Origin: a bacterium
GTDB lineage: Bacteria; Patescibacteriota; Minisyncoccia; Phycocordibacterales; UBA6899
Length of the DNA stretch: 64,000 nt
Assembly (NCBI GenBank): GCA_043756865.1
Contig: JAYUQG010000024.1
Span: 91,259-155,258, forward strand
Direction of reading: 5' to 3'
Positions 19,497 through 29,243 of the stretch are shown here, piece by piece. The notes under the pieces are model-generated. The model ran no database searches and had not been told where the DNA came from. It saw only the letters and a program-made list of their open reading frames with translations. Each line of letters begins with the position of its first letter. Within the stretch, counting starts at the first letter, position 1. Both the position numbers and the translations under genes were made by a program.

Positions 19497-20169
19497 ATGC
19501 AAACAAATGCGGCTTGTCCGTGAAGATGCGCTCGGCTCCCCAGTCATAGACGCGCTTAGCCGTCTTCAGGTCATTTACTGTCCATACCCACACATGAAAG
19601 CTTAGTGCTTTGGCGCGAGCCATGAACTCACCTCCGTTTTGCATGTCCATGTCTGCGTTCATATATTCCATGTGCAGATTATCTATCTGCGCTTCGTGGA
19701 GGATATCGAGGTAGCGCACATCGGGGATAGCGTCCATGATGACGCCGACCGTGAGGCGGGGGGAGCGTTTTTTGATGAGCAACGCAGTGGGGTGGTGAAA
19801 TGTGGAAATGACAAATTGCTCTGCCCGCCATCCAGCATGGGTGATGTACCAATGCATAATCTCCAGCACTCTTTGCCATATGGCTGGGTCTTTGATTTCG
19901 ATATTTACACGACAGGAATCATTGATCACATCGAGCGCATCCACGATAGTTGGAACATTGCCTCCAGAATAAGGGTCATGCGCAATGACAGGAAAATTTT
20001 TATCCCCAAGTGGGTTTATTCTTGCATCGAATTCGATCATTACTGCACCTCTATCAATCGAGGCACGAAACGCCGCAAGTGAGTTTTCGGCAATGAGGAC
20101 AATATGCCCTCCGCAGTTGACATATCCGTGCCGGCCTCGATGGTCGATGAGATCTTTCTGGGTGAACAT
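19495..20169 (-). CDS. glycerophosphodiester phosphodiesterase (GDPD) family protein
   Basis: The HRG...ENSLAAFRASIDRGAVMIEFDARI motif is present. ATG at 20169 is preceded by GGAG. The tracked start at 20181 is a TTG. Confidence 0.75.
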   Translation of the reverse strand: MFTQKDLIDHRGRHGYVNCGGHIVLIAENSLAAFRASIDRGAVMIEFDARINPLGDKNFPVIAHDPYSGGNVPTIVDALDVINDSCRVNIEIKDPAIWQRVLEIMHWYITHAGWRAEQFVISTFHHPTALLIKKRSPRLTVGVIMDAIPDVRYLDILHEAQIDNLHMEYMNADMDMQNGGEFMARAKALSFHVWVWTVNDLKTAKRVYDWGAERIFTDKPHLFA

Positions 20170-20260
20170 GCAACACTCCAAGGAACACTGTCCTCATTCA
20201 ACCAAGTTTACAAAAGGAGTCAACCCGAGATAAAGGTTGCTATTTGCTATACTGGATTTC

Positions 20261-21145
20261 ATGAGTGACCAACCACACCCACATCAAACCCGTATTGCCG
20301 AAATTGAAAACGTAATGCTTACGGGAGATTTCTGGAGTGATAAAGAAAAGGCGCATGCGCTCATTAAGGAGCTTCAGGATTTAAAGACTGAAGTCGAAGG
20401 GGGAGGAAAATATGACAAGGCAAATGCGATTATCACCATCTTCTCTGGCGCCGGTGGCGACGACTCCGAAGATTTCTCCGCAATGTTGGTGCGCATGTAT
20501 TTCAAATACTGCGAACGCAAAGGTTGGGGATACGATGTACTGCACGCCCACGACAATGACCATGGGGGATATCGCAATATCACATTTGAGGTAGTGGGCA
20601 AAGCATCATACGGTGAACTCAAGAATGAATCCGGTGTGCATCGACTGGTGCGCATCTCGCCGTTTAATTCAAATGCAAAACGACACACCTCCTTCTCAAT
20701 GGTCGAGGTCATACCGAAATTCAAAAAAGGTGAAATTGAAGCACTTCCAGAAGCAGAAGTGCGTTTCGAGTACTCGCGCTCTGGTGGCGCAGGTGGGCAG
20801 AACGTAAACAAGCGCGAGACCGCAGTGCGTGCCGTGCATGAGCCAACAGGACTTGCCGTACATGTGTCTGCCGAGCGCTCGCAGCTCCAAAACAAAGAGC
20901 GCGCACTCGAGATTCTCGCTGCGAAGGTTTTTCATTTGCGCGAATCACTCACTCAGGCGGAAAAAGAAAAGATGTATGTATCCAAAACCACAAAGGTGGA
21001 ATGGGGCAATCAGATACGCTCATATGTCCTTCATCCCTACAAGATGGTAAAGGATCATCGCACCGATGTAGAGACATCGAAGGTTGATGACGTACTTCTG
21101 CACGGGGAGCTCGATGAGTTTATTGAGGCCGAGCGAGGGTTGTAG
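20261..21145 (+). CDS. prfB: peptide chain release factor 2, uninterrupted, with a short N-terminal domain
   Basis: It carries the SPF tripeptide (RISPFNSNAKRHTSF) and the GGQ motif (SGGAGGQNVNK). It is 294 aa from ATG 20261. No in-frame TGA or +1 shift site was seen. Confidence 0.9.
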   Translation: MSDQPHPHQTRIAEIENVMLTGDFWSDKEKAHALIKELQDLKTEVEGGGKYDKANAIITIFSGAGGDDSEDFSAMLVRMYFKYCERKGWGYDVLHAHDNDHGGYRNITFEVVGKASYGELKNESGVHRLVRISPFNSNAKRHTSFSMVEVIPKFKKGEIEALPEAEVRFEYSRSGGAGGQNVNKRETAVRAVHEPTGLAVHVSAERSQLQNKERALEILAAKVFHLRESLTQAEKEKMYVSKTTKVEWGNQIRSYVLHPYKMVKDHRTDVETSKVDDVLLHGELDEFIEAERGL

Positions 21146-21246
21146 TTCGGCACCCACTCAGTTTCCTAAGAGTTTCTTGACCCACCAGAGGACTTCCCGT
21201 AGCTTTATATATAGACGCATATTGTTCGTTTACTGGGGGTATCACC

Positions 21247-22158
21247 ATGAAGCACGTGGAAATGCTCAATCGATATTTTGATCCGCTCTCCGTACGAGCA
21301 AGCATCATCCATGAAAATTGGAGCCAAACGCCTTCTCGGAGTTTCGCTCATTTGGTTCGCCGCATTCAAAATGGGTTTGCGCGCATCCTTGATGACGAGT
21401 CACAGCATGCACCGTTTTTGATTTCTGAAGCACTTTACGAGCGCGACGAGAATGGCGAGGAATACGAGGTCGGTCTACTACCTAAGCGCACCGGGGGAGT
21501 GAAGCGTGTACTCACACCCACTGAGGCAATCGAAGGCCGTAAGTCATACGACACAAATAAATGGCGCTTCCATTATGGCGATGACTTGTTACCCCATCTC
21601 GCGGGTCAGACAGAGGTGCTGCGCGCACATCGCGATTTTCTTTCGGCATGCCGCATTATGAACAATCGTGGTGCATATCTCGCCACGCAGCTTGCTCGTG
21701 CATTTGACCAGTGTGGGTACCCTGGTAATCTGGAAGCGAAGTTTGCAAAAGGAAAAGCATTCACGCGTGTGTTGCGCTATGAGCAACCGCAAGGAAATGC
21801 TCCAGACGCGGGACTCCACCGCGACCGGTCTGCACTGACTTTTCACTGGTACTCCTCACACTCGGGACTCGTACTGTTTAACCAGGCGGGCAATCCGATG
21901 CAAGGAAACGAGACCGACCCCCGTGCAGTCATGACGTTTCCGGGAACTAAATTCTGGGCAATGACTCGAGGGAGGTATGGCAAAGGAACCATTCATGGTG
22001 TGCGCGACAACCGTCGTGATTTGCAAGCTGCGACAACAAATCAGGCGCGCTACGCAATTGTGACCTTTGTGCACTCAATGCTCGACCCCGACGACGTATT
22101 GTTTATGCGCGAACACCTACCTGAACTCCGCATCGACCAAGGTGCATACCGTATCTAA
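21247..22158 (+). CDS. putative 2OG-Fe(II) oxygenase superfamily protein
   Basis: A possible HxD...H facial triad (GLHRDRSALTF ... GTIHGV) and a distal RYAIVTF are present. The call is motif-level only. Confidence 0.45.
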   Translation: MKHVEMLNRYFDPLSVRASIIHENWSQTPSRSFAHLVRRIQNGFARILDDESQHAPFLISEALYERDENGEEYEVGLLPKRTGGVKRVLTPTEAIEGRKSYDTNKWRFHYGDDLLPHLAGQTEVLRAHRDFLSACRIMNNRGAYLATQLARAFDQCGYPGNLEAKFAKGKAFTRVLRYEQPQGNAPDAGLHRDRSALTFHWYSSHSGLVLFNQAGNPMQGNETDPRAVMTFPGTKFWAMTRGRYGKGTIHGVRDNRRDLQAATTNQARYAIVTFVHSMLDPDDVLFMREHLPELRIDQGAYRI

Positions 22159-22183
22159 CACCCCGCCGTGGGGTGTTTTCTCT
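22158..22183 (+). terminator. rho-independent terminator
   Basis: acacccc-gccgt-ggggtgt followed by tttctctt. Confidence 0.65.
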
Positions 22184-22260
22184 TGGTGAGCAATAGAACT
22201 ACACATATCCCATTGGAGATTCTTTTCCTTCGTGTGTGAAAAAGCTATACTAGAGCAACG

Positions 22261-22938
22261 ATGATTTATTTCGATAATGTCACCAAGCTGTACTCCGACC
22301 ACGCAGCACTTTCCGATGTGACGTTTGGAATTCAAACGGGGGAGTTCGTCTCTATCGTGGGGCATTCTGGCGCCGGCAAGACTACTATGCTTCGTCTGCT
22401 GATGGTGGAAGACAAGCCGACAAGTGGGGCGATTTTTTTTGAATCTACAAATGTGCACCGTATCAAGTCTTCCAGCGTGCCAGAGTATCGACGCAGAATT
22501 GGGACGGTTTTTCAGGATTTCCGCTTGCTTCCAAATAAGACCGCTTATGAAAACATCGCCTTTGCCATGGAAGCTGCGGGACGCCCCGACGAGGAGATTC
22601 ACTCCGATGTTCCTCAAGTACTCGAACTTGTCGACTTATCATCGAAGGCACTGCATTTTCCTCACGAACTTTCAGGCGGTGAAAAACAGCGCGTCGCTAT
22701 CGCGCGCGCGATCATAAGCCAGCCTGATGTGTTGATAGCTGACGAGCCGACAGGAAACCTTGATCCCGTGAATACATACGACATCATCCAGATACTCAAA
22801 AAGATAAACGACATGGGAACGACGATTATTTTGACGACACACAATAAGGGCATTATTGATGCATTGAAACGACGGGTGATTACGATGGAGCATGGAAAGA
22901 TTATCCGTGACGACCAGCACGGCAAGTATATTCTCTAG
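22261..22938 (+). CDS. ftsE: cell division ATP-binding protein FtsE
   Basis: Walker [10 protein letters not shown], signature [14 protein letters not shown] and Walker [13 protein letters not shown] are present. The size (225 aa) and N-terminus [11 protein letters not shown] are typical of FtsE. Confidence 0.9.
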   Translation: MIYFDNVTKLYSDHAALSDVTFGIQTGEFVSIVGHSGAGKTTMLRLLMVEDKPTSGAIFFESTNVHRIKSSSVPEYRRRIGTVFQDFRLLPNKTAYENIAFAMEAAGRPDEEIHSDVPQVLELVDLSSKALHFPHELSGGEKQRVAIARAIISQPDVLIADEPTGNLDPVNTYDIIQILKKINDMGTTIILTTHNKGIIDALKRRVITMEHGKIIRDDQHGKYIL

Positions 22939-22981
22939 TATTTGGGCGCACTACTCGCCCTTCCTTTGGCAAATTTGGAGG

Positions 22982-23037
22982 ACGTATCACTCATACGCCC
23001 TCGCAAATATTGCCGCAGTCCAGGACTTCGTACTGCG
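22982..23037 (+). repeat. copy c of the ~54 nt intergenic repeat (see 786-839)
   Basis: Sequence is acgtatcactcatacgccctcgcaaatattgccgcagtccaggacttcgtactgcg. It has hairpins cgtat/atacg and gcagt/actgc. Confidence 0.65.
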
Positions 23038-23097
23038 ACCAATTTTTATTAGCGGTATCCGCCTTAGAAAAATGAAGTACTCTTGTGGTGCATCCCA

Positions 23098-23156
23098 AAT
23101 ATTAGAGAATACACGAGTTCTTGCGCCTCGTAATGCGCTGAGAATATTAGAGAATA
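23098..23156 (+). repeat. two exact 14-nt direct repeats AATATTAGAGAATA, 45 nt apart (possible operator pair)
   Basis: The copies lie at 23098-23111 and 23143-23156, upstream of the membrane-protein gene at 23195. Confidence 0.5.
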
Positions 23157-23194
23157 TGCGTGACCGTGATTTTGGTGTGCTATATTTTGGATAC

Positions 23195-24394
23195 ATGGAA
23201 CAAGAAAACAGAGTCCAACACATGAAGCAAAACGGCTCAAATATTTTCCTTGGAATTGTAGCGATACTCACGGGGGTATTCGCATTGCTTGTTGGTTTCG
23301 GCCTCATTCAAACTGACGGGAATGACAATGATGTTCCTCTCGGGATTGCGCGCATTACAGGAGGGATCTTTTTTGTTGCAGGAGTGATGGCGCTTGGAAT
23401 AGGAAAGTTTCCCCCACGTTTATACAACATACTGGGTGCAGTCCTCATGACCCTTTTTTCTTTTATAGCGGGATGGGTGGCATTCGGACCCGGCAACAGA
23501 GTGTTTGGTGGTGCTGGACCAATGTTGGGACGCATGGTTTTTGGATTTTCGGCATTTATTTGTGTTTATATGGCTATAGTGGCATGGAAGCGAGTTTTTA
23601 TGAGCGAAGTAAATGAGGGGAATAAAACCATAGTTATTGATAAGCCTAAAGGATTTTTTACTCTGTTTTTATTTTTATTTCCGTTTATGGTTTGGCCTTT
23701 TGTTGTGTTTTTCTTTGTTCAATCTGACGGGTCGTGGAAGTTCCCCACACTTGATGTCCTGCCGACAACCTCGTCGACAATGCAGCAACATGAAGAATTA
23801 TTAAACCGACAAGGATTCACCCTCCACACTGCGGAAAAGAATGGTACACATATATTCGACGGTGCCATTATTGTCGCGTTTGACAAACAAACAGGGGCGA
23901 TCGTGGGCGAAGCGATTATCGACATGGATGGTAATGCACAATTTATCCTACCGTACGGACATTATGAGTTTCGTCCGCATCCTCTTAAGGAAGATAAAGT
24001 TGTTGGCAGTCTTGATTTTGATATGTTTGCCACAAAACTACAACCAACCATACTGTATCTTTCCGAGATAGGCCCACATGGGTTCGGAACACCACTAAAG
24101 AGTTGCGAAGAAAAAAAGGATGTTCTTGCTGTGGCTGTCGAAAATAAGAATTACTGCGATGATGATGGGGACTGTAAATTTCTGAATACTTATTTTGGCT
24201 GCCCGTATCTTGTAAACAGACATGCTGATCTTGAGATATTTAAGGATCGTGATGAAGATGTTTTAAAATCTTGTCCGACTATTGTGGATATGTTGTGTCC
24301 TCTTTCTTCTCAAAATCTGAGGTGTGAGAAACATTCTTGTGTTTCAGGTTCTCGGGGAAATGGGGAAAGTCAAACAATTGACAATGCTATATAA
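23195..24394 (+). CDS. hypothetical membrane protein with a Cys-rich extracytoplasmic C-terminal region
   Basis: Start is ATG 23195 or 23222. The 5' 300 nt of the tracked ORF cover intergenic repeats. It has at least 5 TM helices, then DGNAQFILPYGHYEF (carboxypeptidase-regulatory-like strand pattern) and a CxxxxDC-rich tail. The gene is A+T-rich. Confidence 0.6.
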   Translation: MEQENRVQHMKQNGSNIFLGIVAILTGVFALLVGFGLIQTDGNDNDVPLGIARITGGIFFVAGVMALGIGKFPPRLYNILGAVLMTLFSFIAGWVAFGPGNRVFGGAGPMLGRMVFGFSAFICVYMAIVAWKRVFMSEVNEGNKTIVIDKPKGFFTLFLFLFPFMVWPFVVFFFVQSDGSWKFPTLDVLPTTSSTMQQHEELLNRQGFTLHTAEKNGTHIFDGAIIVAFDKQTGAIVGEAIIDMDGNAQFILPYGHYEFRPHPLKEDKVVGSLDFDMFATKLQPTILYLSEIGPHGFGTPLKSCEEKKDVLAVAVENKNYCDDDGDCKFLNTYFGCPYLVNRHADLEIFKDRDEDVLKSCPTIVDMLCPLSSQNLRCEKHSCVSGSRGNGESQTIDNAI

Positions 24395-24473
24395 AAGTGA
24401 TATAATATATATGGCACAGTGAATTCTAGTTACGTCCTGTACGTTGGTATTGTCATTCCACTAGGAGAGACAC

Positions 24474-24776
24474 ATGTTGGAAACCGTTCCCGTCCCGTTG
24501 GTCCGCTTCGACCTGAAATCGGAATCCCCATTCGACCTCACCGAGGCTATCTCGGTGACGGAGTGGAAGGGCTTCGCCGTCGGTATGACCGTGGACGTCA
24601 ACATTGCGCGCGGTACGGCACTCGGCGAGATTCACACGATTTGGCTCGGCGCCAAGTCGCACAACGACGCACACGTGGTCGCTTTCGAAGTTCACGTCGA
24701 CAACATACAGCATTACCTCACCCAGCGCGGCGTGCATCACGTCGTCGTCGATGACCTCGCACACCGCCTTCACTGA
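24474..24776 (+). CDS. hypothetical 100 aa protein in a visibly G+C-rich patch
   Basis: AGGAGA lies 5 nt (cacac) before the ATG. A strong terminator lies about 20 nt after the stop. No family was recognised. Confidence 0.6.
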   Translation: MLETVPVPLVRFDLKSESPFDLTEAISVTEWKGFAVGMTVDVNIARGTALGEIHTIWLGAKSHNDAHVVAFEVHVDNIQHYLTQRGVHHVVVDDLAHRLH

Positions 24777-24795
24777 CTCCCTTCGAGGAGTCAAC

Positions 24796-24828
24796 ACACC
24801 GTAGCTATTGCTACGGTGTACTTTTTTC
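24796..24828 (+). terminator. rho-independent terminator
   Basis: acaccgtagc-tatt-gctacggtgt followed by acttttttc. Confidence 0.8.
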
Positions 24829-24842
24829 TAACAGGCTTTTAA

Positions 24843-24867
24843 GAAAAACATCCGCGCGCTGCGGATG
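24843..24867 (-). terminator. rho-independent terminator (minus strand)
   Basis: The minus strand reads catccgc-agcgc-gcggatg followed by tttttc. Confidence 0.65.
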
Positions 24868-24873
24868 TCGATA

Positions 24874-25131
24874 TTAGGAGTTCGGACCTTGTGGGCGCTT
24901 GAGTGCTATCCACCGGACGCGGTGGGTGATGTCAGTTCGAGCGGGGCCTTCTGCGTAGAACCTGCTATTTCGGGCACCGTAAACGGCCATGACTGCATGC
25001 GCGTCACCTGTACATTTCACCATGAGAAATGCGGGAATGACACTTGGTGCTTGTTCCGGCCACTTGAGCCATTCGATTACTTCGCCAATCATATGCACCT
25101 CTGTGAGAACGCTCGTATGACCATAACACAC
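24874..25131 (-). CDS. hypothetical small protein (72-85 aa)
   Basis: The minus-strand terminator directly downstream favours this strand over the overlapping plus ORF 24865..25197. The start is GTG 25131 or ATG 25092. Confidence 0.35.
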   Translation of the reverse strand: MCYGHTSVLTEVHMIGEVIEWLKWPEQAPSVIPAFLMVKCTGDAHAVMAVYGARNSRFYAEGPARTDITHRVRWIALKRPQGPNS

Positions 25132-25251
25132 GAACTTTTAAAGACAAGTATGTGCGTAACTAGGCGTGAATTACTGAATTTCACTAATAATATCTAACGT
25201 CTTTCTATCCCCATTTCGCATTCTCTGCATATCATGGGAAAATAAAGGCTT

Positions 25252-26181
25252 ATGGGAGTTTTCACGAGTACACGCAGGATTATTAAGGCTGGCTTCATTA
25301 ATTTTTGGAGAAATGCGGTGGTTTCGCTTTCTGCGATTTTTGTAATGACCGTCGCACTCTTTGTCGTTGGGGCAACTATCTTGTCTTCAGCGTTTCTCGA
25401 CTCGGCTCTGCGGGAAATCAAAAGCAAGGTTGATATCAACGTCTATTTCAATCCTGACGCTGAGGAATCAGACATCTTCGTGATGAAACGCTCGCTAGAA
25501 GACCTGCCCGAAGTTGCGGCTGTTGAGTATATCGCACGTGAAACCGCTATCGAGAATTTCAAGCAGCGTCATGAGAACGACTATCTCATGAAACAGGCGC
25601 TCGACGAGCTCATTGATAATCCGCTCGGTGCAATTTTGAACATCAAAGCGAAAGACACTTCACAGTACGAGGCTATCGCCAAGCACATTAGGGCAGAACA
25701 AGAAGACGCAGGTCCAAGTGGGAACCTTATCTACAACGTCAACTACGGCAAAAACAAAATTGTTATCGACAAACTGACCGCTATCACAAGGGGTGTCGAG
25801 CGTGTCTCCTTGGCGGTACTCCTACTCCTTATTGTCATTGCTATTGTGATTACGTTTAACACTATTCGCCTCGCTATTTATGTATCGCGCGAAGAAATTG
25901 CAATCATGAGACTCGTTGGTGCGAACAACATGTTTGTCCGAGGGCCATTTGTTGTTGAGGGAATCATGTATGGCATGGTTTCCGCAATTGTGGCCACTGC
26001 GCTCTTCTATCCTGTTACGGTGTGGTTGCGCGATTCCACTGAGAATTTCTACGGAGGGATAGACCTCTTTGTCTACTACATTACAAACTTCAATCAAATA
26101 TTTCTCGTACTGCTTTTTAGTGGAATGTTCCTTGGAGCGGTGTCAGCATTTCTGGCGGTCAGAAGGTATTTAAAAGTATAA
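25252..26181 (+). CDS. ftsX: cell division permease-like protein FtsX
   Basis: The 309 aa protein has the topology N-terminal TM, large periplasmic loop, then three C-terminal TM helices. The motif IAIMRLVGANNMFVRGPF is typical of FtsX. Confidence 0.85.
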   Translation: MGVFTSTRRIIKAGFINFWRNAVVSLSAIFVMTVALFVVGATILSSAFLDSALREIKSKVDINVYFNPDAEESDIFVMKRSLEDLPEVAAVEYIARETAIENFKQRHENDYLMKQALDELIDNPLGAILNIKAKDTSQYEAIAKHIRAEQEDAGPSGNLIYNVNYGKNKIVIDKLTAITRGVERVSLAVLLLLIVIAIVITFNTIRLAIYVSREEIAIMRLVGANNMFVRGPFVVEGIMYGMVSAIVATALFYPVTVWLRDSTENFYGGIDLFVYYITNFNQIFLVLLFSGMFLGAVSAFLAVRRYLKV

Positions 26182-26284
26182 ACACGATTCATGAGTGAAT
26201 GCACACCACAACAAGAAAGTGAGACCCCCTCACTTCTCGTCTCCGAGTTTCGTTTTATACAGCAAGTAATAACACATAAACAGT

Positions 26285-27931
26285 ATGGCAAAAAATCATA
26301 AATACATCTTTGTTGTGGGTGGTGTGATGAGCGGGGTGGGGAAGGGTGTGGCCACTTCATCTATCGCGCTTTTGTTGCAATCACGCGGGTTCAAAATTTC
26401 GCCAATTAAAATTGACCCGTATCTAAACGTGGACGCGGGCACGATGAATCCAACCGAGCACGGTGAGGTGTTTGTATTAAATTCCGGGCTTGAGACTGAC
26501 CAAGACATGGGCTCGTACGAGCGCTTTCTCGGAAGGGACCTGAATACTGAGAACTATATGACGGGAGGATTGGTGTATAAGACCGTGATTGACCGTGAGC
26601 GTGCACTTGGCTATGGCGGAAAATGTGTCGAGCCTGTGCCACATATTCCTGAGGAAGTTATTCGTCGCATTAAAGCGGCAGGAGAGAAAGATAAGTCCGA
26701 TATCACCATTGTGGAAATCGGAGGGACACTCGGCGAGTACCAGAGCGTCATGTTTATCGAAGCGGCACGTACGCTTCATCTCGATAATCCCGATGACGTC
26801 CTCTTTGTACTCGTCTCCTATCTTCCTGTTCCGGGAAAGTTGGGTGAAATGAAGACGAAACCCACACAGTATGCGGTACGCACGATGAATTCGTACGGTG
26901 TGCAGCCTGATATTATCATTGCACGCGGTGAGGTTGCACTCGACCAAAAGCGCAAAGAGAAGATTGCCGCATCTTCGGGTATGCGGGTGGAGCAGGTTAT
27001 TGCTGCCCCTGACGTGGACAGTGTCTATGACGTACCGCTGAACTTCGAAGACGACTACATGGCGGACATTGTCATGAAGATTTTGAAACTCAAAGCGAAG
27101 CGCCCCGTCAATCTTCTGCCATGGAAAGGTTTTGTCCGTAAGGTGAACAACGCAAAGGGTGAAGTCCGTATTGGTATGGTGGGAAAGTATTTTGCAACGG
27201 GAGATTTCGTACTTGCCGACTCTTACCTTTCCGTTATCGAGGCACTGAAATACGCCGCATACCATGCAGGGAAGAAACCCGTGATTGATTGGATTGCCGC
27301 CACGGACTTTGAGGGTAGCGGGGCATCAAAAAATCTTGCGAAGCTCGCAAAGTATGACGGCATTGTCATTCCGGGAGGATTTGGGTCACGCGGTGTGGAG
27401 GGAAAGCTTAAAGTTATAGCATATGCACGCACGCACAAAATTCCGTATTTCGGACTGTGCTATGGCATGCAGCTTATGGTCGTCGAATACGCACGCAATG
27501 TGCTTGGCCTCAAGGGCGCAATCACTACCGAAATTGACCCGAAGACAAAGTATCCTGTAATAGACGTGATGCCCGACCAAAAAGCAAAGCTTGCAGAGGG
27601 GGATTATGGAGGATCTATGCGCCTCGGCACATACCCTGCATATCTGAAGGAAAAGACAGTTGCGCGATTGGCATATAAATCCGAAATGGTGCACGAGCGT
27701 CACCGCCATCGCTATGAGGTGAACCCTGAGTATGTGTCGCAGCTTGAAGCGGCAGGACTCGTCTTTTCAGGCATATCGCCCGATCGTGCACTTATGGAAA
27801 TTGCGGAACTTCCAAAATCAAAGCACCCCTTCTTTTTGGGAACGCAGTTTCACCCCGAGTTTACGGCCCGCCCACTTACCTCGCACCCACTTTTCGACGC
27901 GTTCATCAAGGCAGCGGCAAAAAGAAAGTAG
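26285..27931 (+). CDS. pyrG: CTP synthase
   Basis: It has the N-terminal VVGGVMSGVGKG motif, the GATase Cys motif GLCYGMQ and the C-terminal HPEF motif. Confidence 0.95.
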   Translation: MAKNHKYIFVVGGVMSGVGKGVATSSIALLLQSRGFKISPIKIDPYLNVDAGTMNPTEHGEVFVLNSGLETDQDMGSYERFLGRDLNTENYMTGGLVYKTVIDRERALGYGGKCVEPVPHIPEEVIRRIKAAGEKDKSDITIVEIGGTLGEYQSVMFIEAARTLHLDNPDDVLFVLVSYLPVPGKLGEMKTKPTQYAVRTMNSYGVQPDIIIARGEVALDQKRKEKIAASSGMRVEQVIAAPDVDSVYDVPLNFEDDYMADIVMKILKLKAKRPVNLLPWKGFVRKVNNAKGEVRIGMVGKYFATGDFVLADSYLSVIEALKYAAYHAGKKPVIDWIAATDFEGSGASKNLAKLAKYDGIVIPGGFGSRGVEGKLKVIAYARTHKIPYFGLCYGMQLMVVEYARNVLGLKGAITTEIDPKTKYPVIDVMPDQKAKLAEGDYGGSMRLGTYPAYLKEKTVARLAYKSEMVHERHRHRYEVNPEYVSQLEAAGLVFSGISPDRALMEIAELPKSKHPFFLGTQFHPEFTARPLTSHPLFDAFIKAAAKRK

Positions 27932-28190
27932 CACCCCCTTATGTATCTCTCGCTCCTTCTGCTCCTGCTTGCAAAAGTTCCCTACACTTAACCCCAGATT
28001 CCGTTGGGAATTTATGTGGTAGTAAAGTTCCTTGTGCTCGTAGCCTTCGGGGCTGGAATTGGGCGCTTCTTTGTTTTTTGCCGCGTTTGCGCATTTTATC
28101 GCGCTTCGGCGCCTCGATAACTCTGCCTATGCGTGGTTTGCGGTAGCGGTGATTGGAGCGCTCCTTGTGTCGATGTTATAATAGGGGCAT

Positions 28191-28619
28191 ATGAATTTTG
28201 CGCGTTTGCCATTCTCATTCTGGGTTGTCTTCCTCGTCGCTGATATCGGGCTTCTCTTTACGCTACTTCTCTCCATTTCATACATTACCGACCTCAAATT
28301 TATTCAAGAGCCCGTGAGGTTCTTGCTCGGGCTCCCAATATACTATTTTGAGTTTCTCCTATTTCTTGTCATCGATGTTGTTTCCGTCTTTGTGCTGACG
28401 CGCGATTATGACATCTATCGTGTGCACATGATCACTGGCGCAATGAGCACCCTTGGAATTCTGCTTTCGGGTGTGTACTCAGCACTTGAAATGACCACCC
28501 TCATGCAACAGGGTGTTGGCGCATACACACTGCTGGCACCCACAAGTGTGTTCTCACTCGTATTGTTTATGATTGCGCTCGTGGCGGCCGCGCTGTCACT
28601 GTCGAGTCGACCTGAGTAG
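28191..28619 (+). CDS. hypothetical membrane protein (4 TM)
   Basis: The call rests on the ORF and its hydrophobic helices. No family was recognised. Confidence 0.55.
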   Translation: MNFARLPFSFWVVFLVADIGLLFTLLLSISYITDLKFIQEPVRFLLGLPIYYFEFLLFLVIDVVSVFVLTRDYDIYRVHMITGAMSTLGILLSGVYSALEMTTLMQQGVGAYTLLAPTSVFSLVLFMIALVAAALSLSSRPE

Positions 28620-29181
28620 TGGTGCTTCGCTTCCCTAGAATTAGGGTCACCGAGATTAGTACATTAATCACAAGCAAGTATGCAGGGATCAACATGTCGG
28701 GGAGTGCATAGGCGGGTATCGCATATAATGCAAGTGAGTTTGCAATTACAGATAATGCATAGGTTAAGAATGTTTCTTCGCTCGGCCTTCTCCATGCATG
28801 AAGAACGGTGGGTATTGCGCCAATGGCGTCCGTGACTACGAAGCCGATTATCGCTGCAGTGGGGTTGTCGGTGAGCCACCATGCCAATAGACCAAGTAAC
28901 GCACCTGCTTGGCAAAATGCGTCGAAACGCGTGTATGTGTAATGCCCTTTCCCAAGTGAAAATAGCACGATGACAAAACTTTCTATCGTAAGCGCCATGG
29001 CCAAAATAGCCGATGCATAGGCGCCCTCTATAAACGCCGCAATTGATGCAATTCCCGCAAGCACCATCCATGTCATCCAGCTCACTATCGCGGGCTTAGT
29101 CGTTCCACGACGAATATCACGAATGTACGGAAGAGCTGTACTTGCTTCAAGGATTCCGGCCAGAATAAGGAGTGGCAGCAT
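28567..29181 (-). CDS. hypothetical multi-TM membrane protein
   Basis: ATG at 29181 gives MLPLLILAGILEAS. The protein has about 7 TM helices. Its 3' end overlaps the convergent gene by about 50 nt. Confidence 0.55.
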   Translation of the reverse strand: MLPLLILAGILEASTALPYIRDIRRGTTKPAIVSWMTWMVLAGIASIAAFIEGAYASAILAMALTIESFVIVLFSLGKGHYTYTRFDAFCQAGALLGLLAWWLTDNPTAAIIGFVVTDAIGAIPTVLHAWRRPSEETFLTYALSVIANSLALYAIPAYALPDMLIPAYLLVINVLISVTLILGKRSTTTQVDSTVTARPPRAQS

Positions 29182-29243
29182 TTTTCGATAATAACACATG
29201 AACCCCATGGAATGGTTGAGTCGTCTGCATATGTTGCTATACT

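Noticed and set aside
23098-23156. Short exact direct repeats as a mini CRISPR array
   Set aside because: There are only two 14-nt copies, far shorter than CRISPR repeats, and no cas genes.
22892-23194. N-terminal 100 codons of tracked ORF 22892..24394, overlapping the end of ftsE
   Set aside because: This stretch consists of the intergenic repeat copy c and the AATATTAGAGAATA direct repeats. The translation is not protein-like. Credible starts are at 23195 or 23222.
24865-25197. Plus-strand 110 aa ORF overlapping the minus-strand ORF 24874..25131
   Set aside because: The translation is Cys/His/Trp-rich, and the ORF begins inside the minus-strand terminator hairpin. The minus-strand alternative has a terminator in the right place. 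Neither reading is strongly supported.
28044-28181. Possible 41-46 codon hydrophobic mini-ORF (TTG/CTG start) between pyrG and the 28191 gene
   Set aside because: It has no ATG or GTG start and no RBS, and it is too short to evaluate. It might instead be a remnant of a membrane-protein gene.
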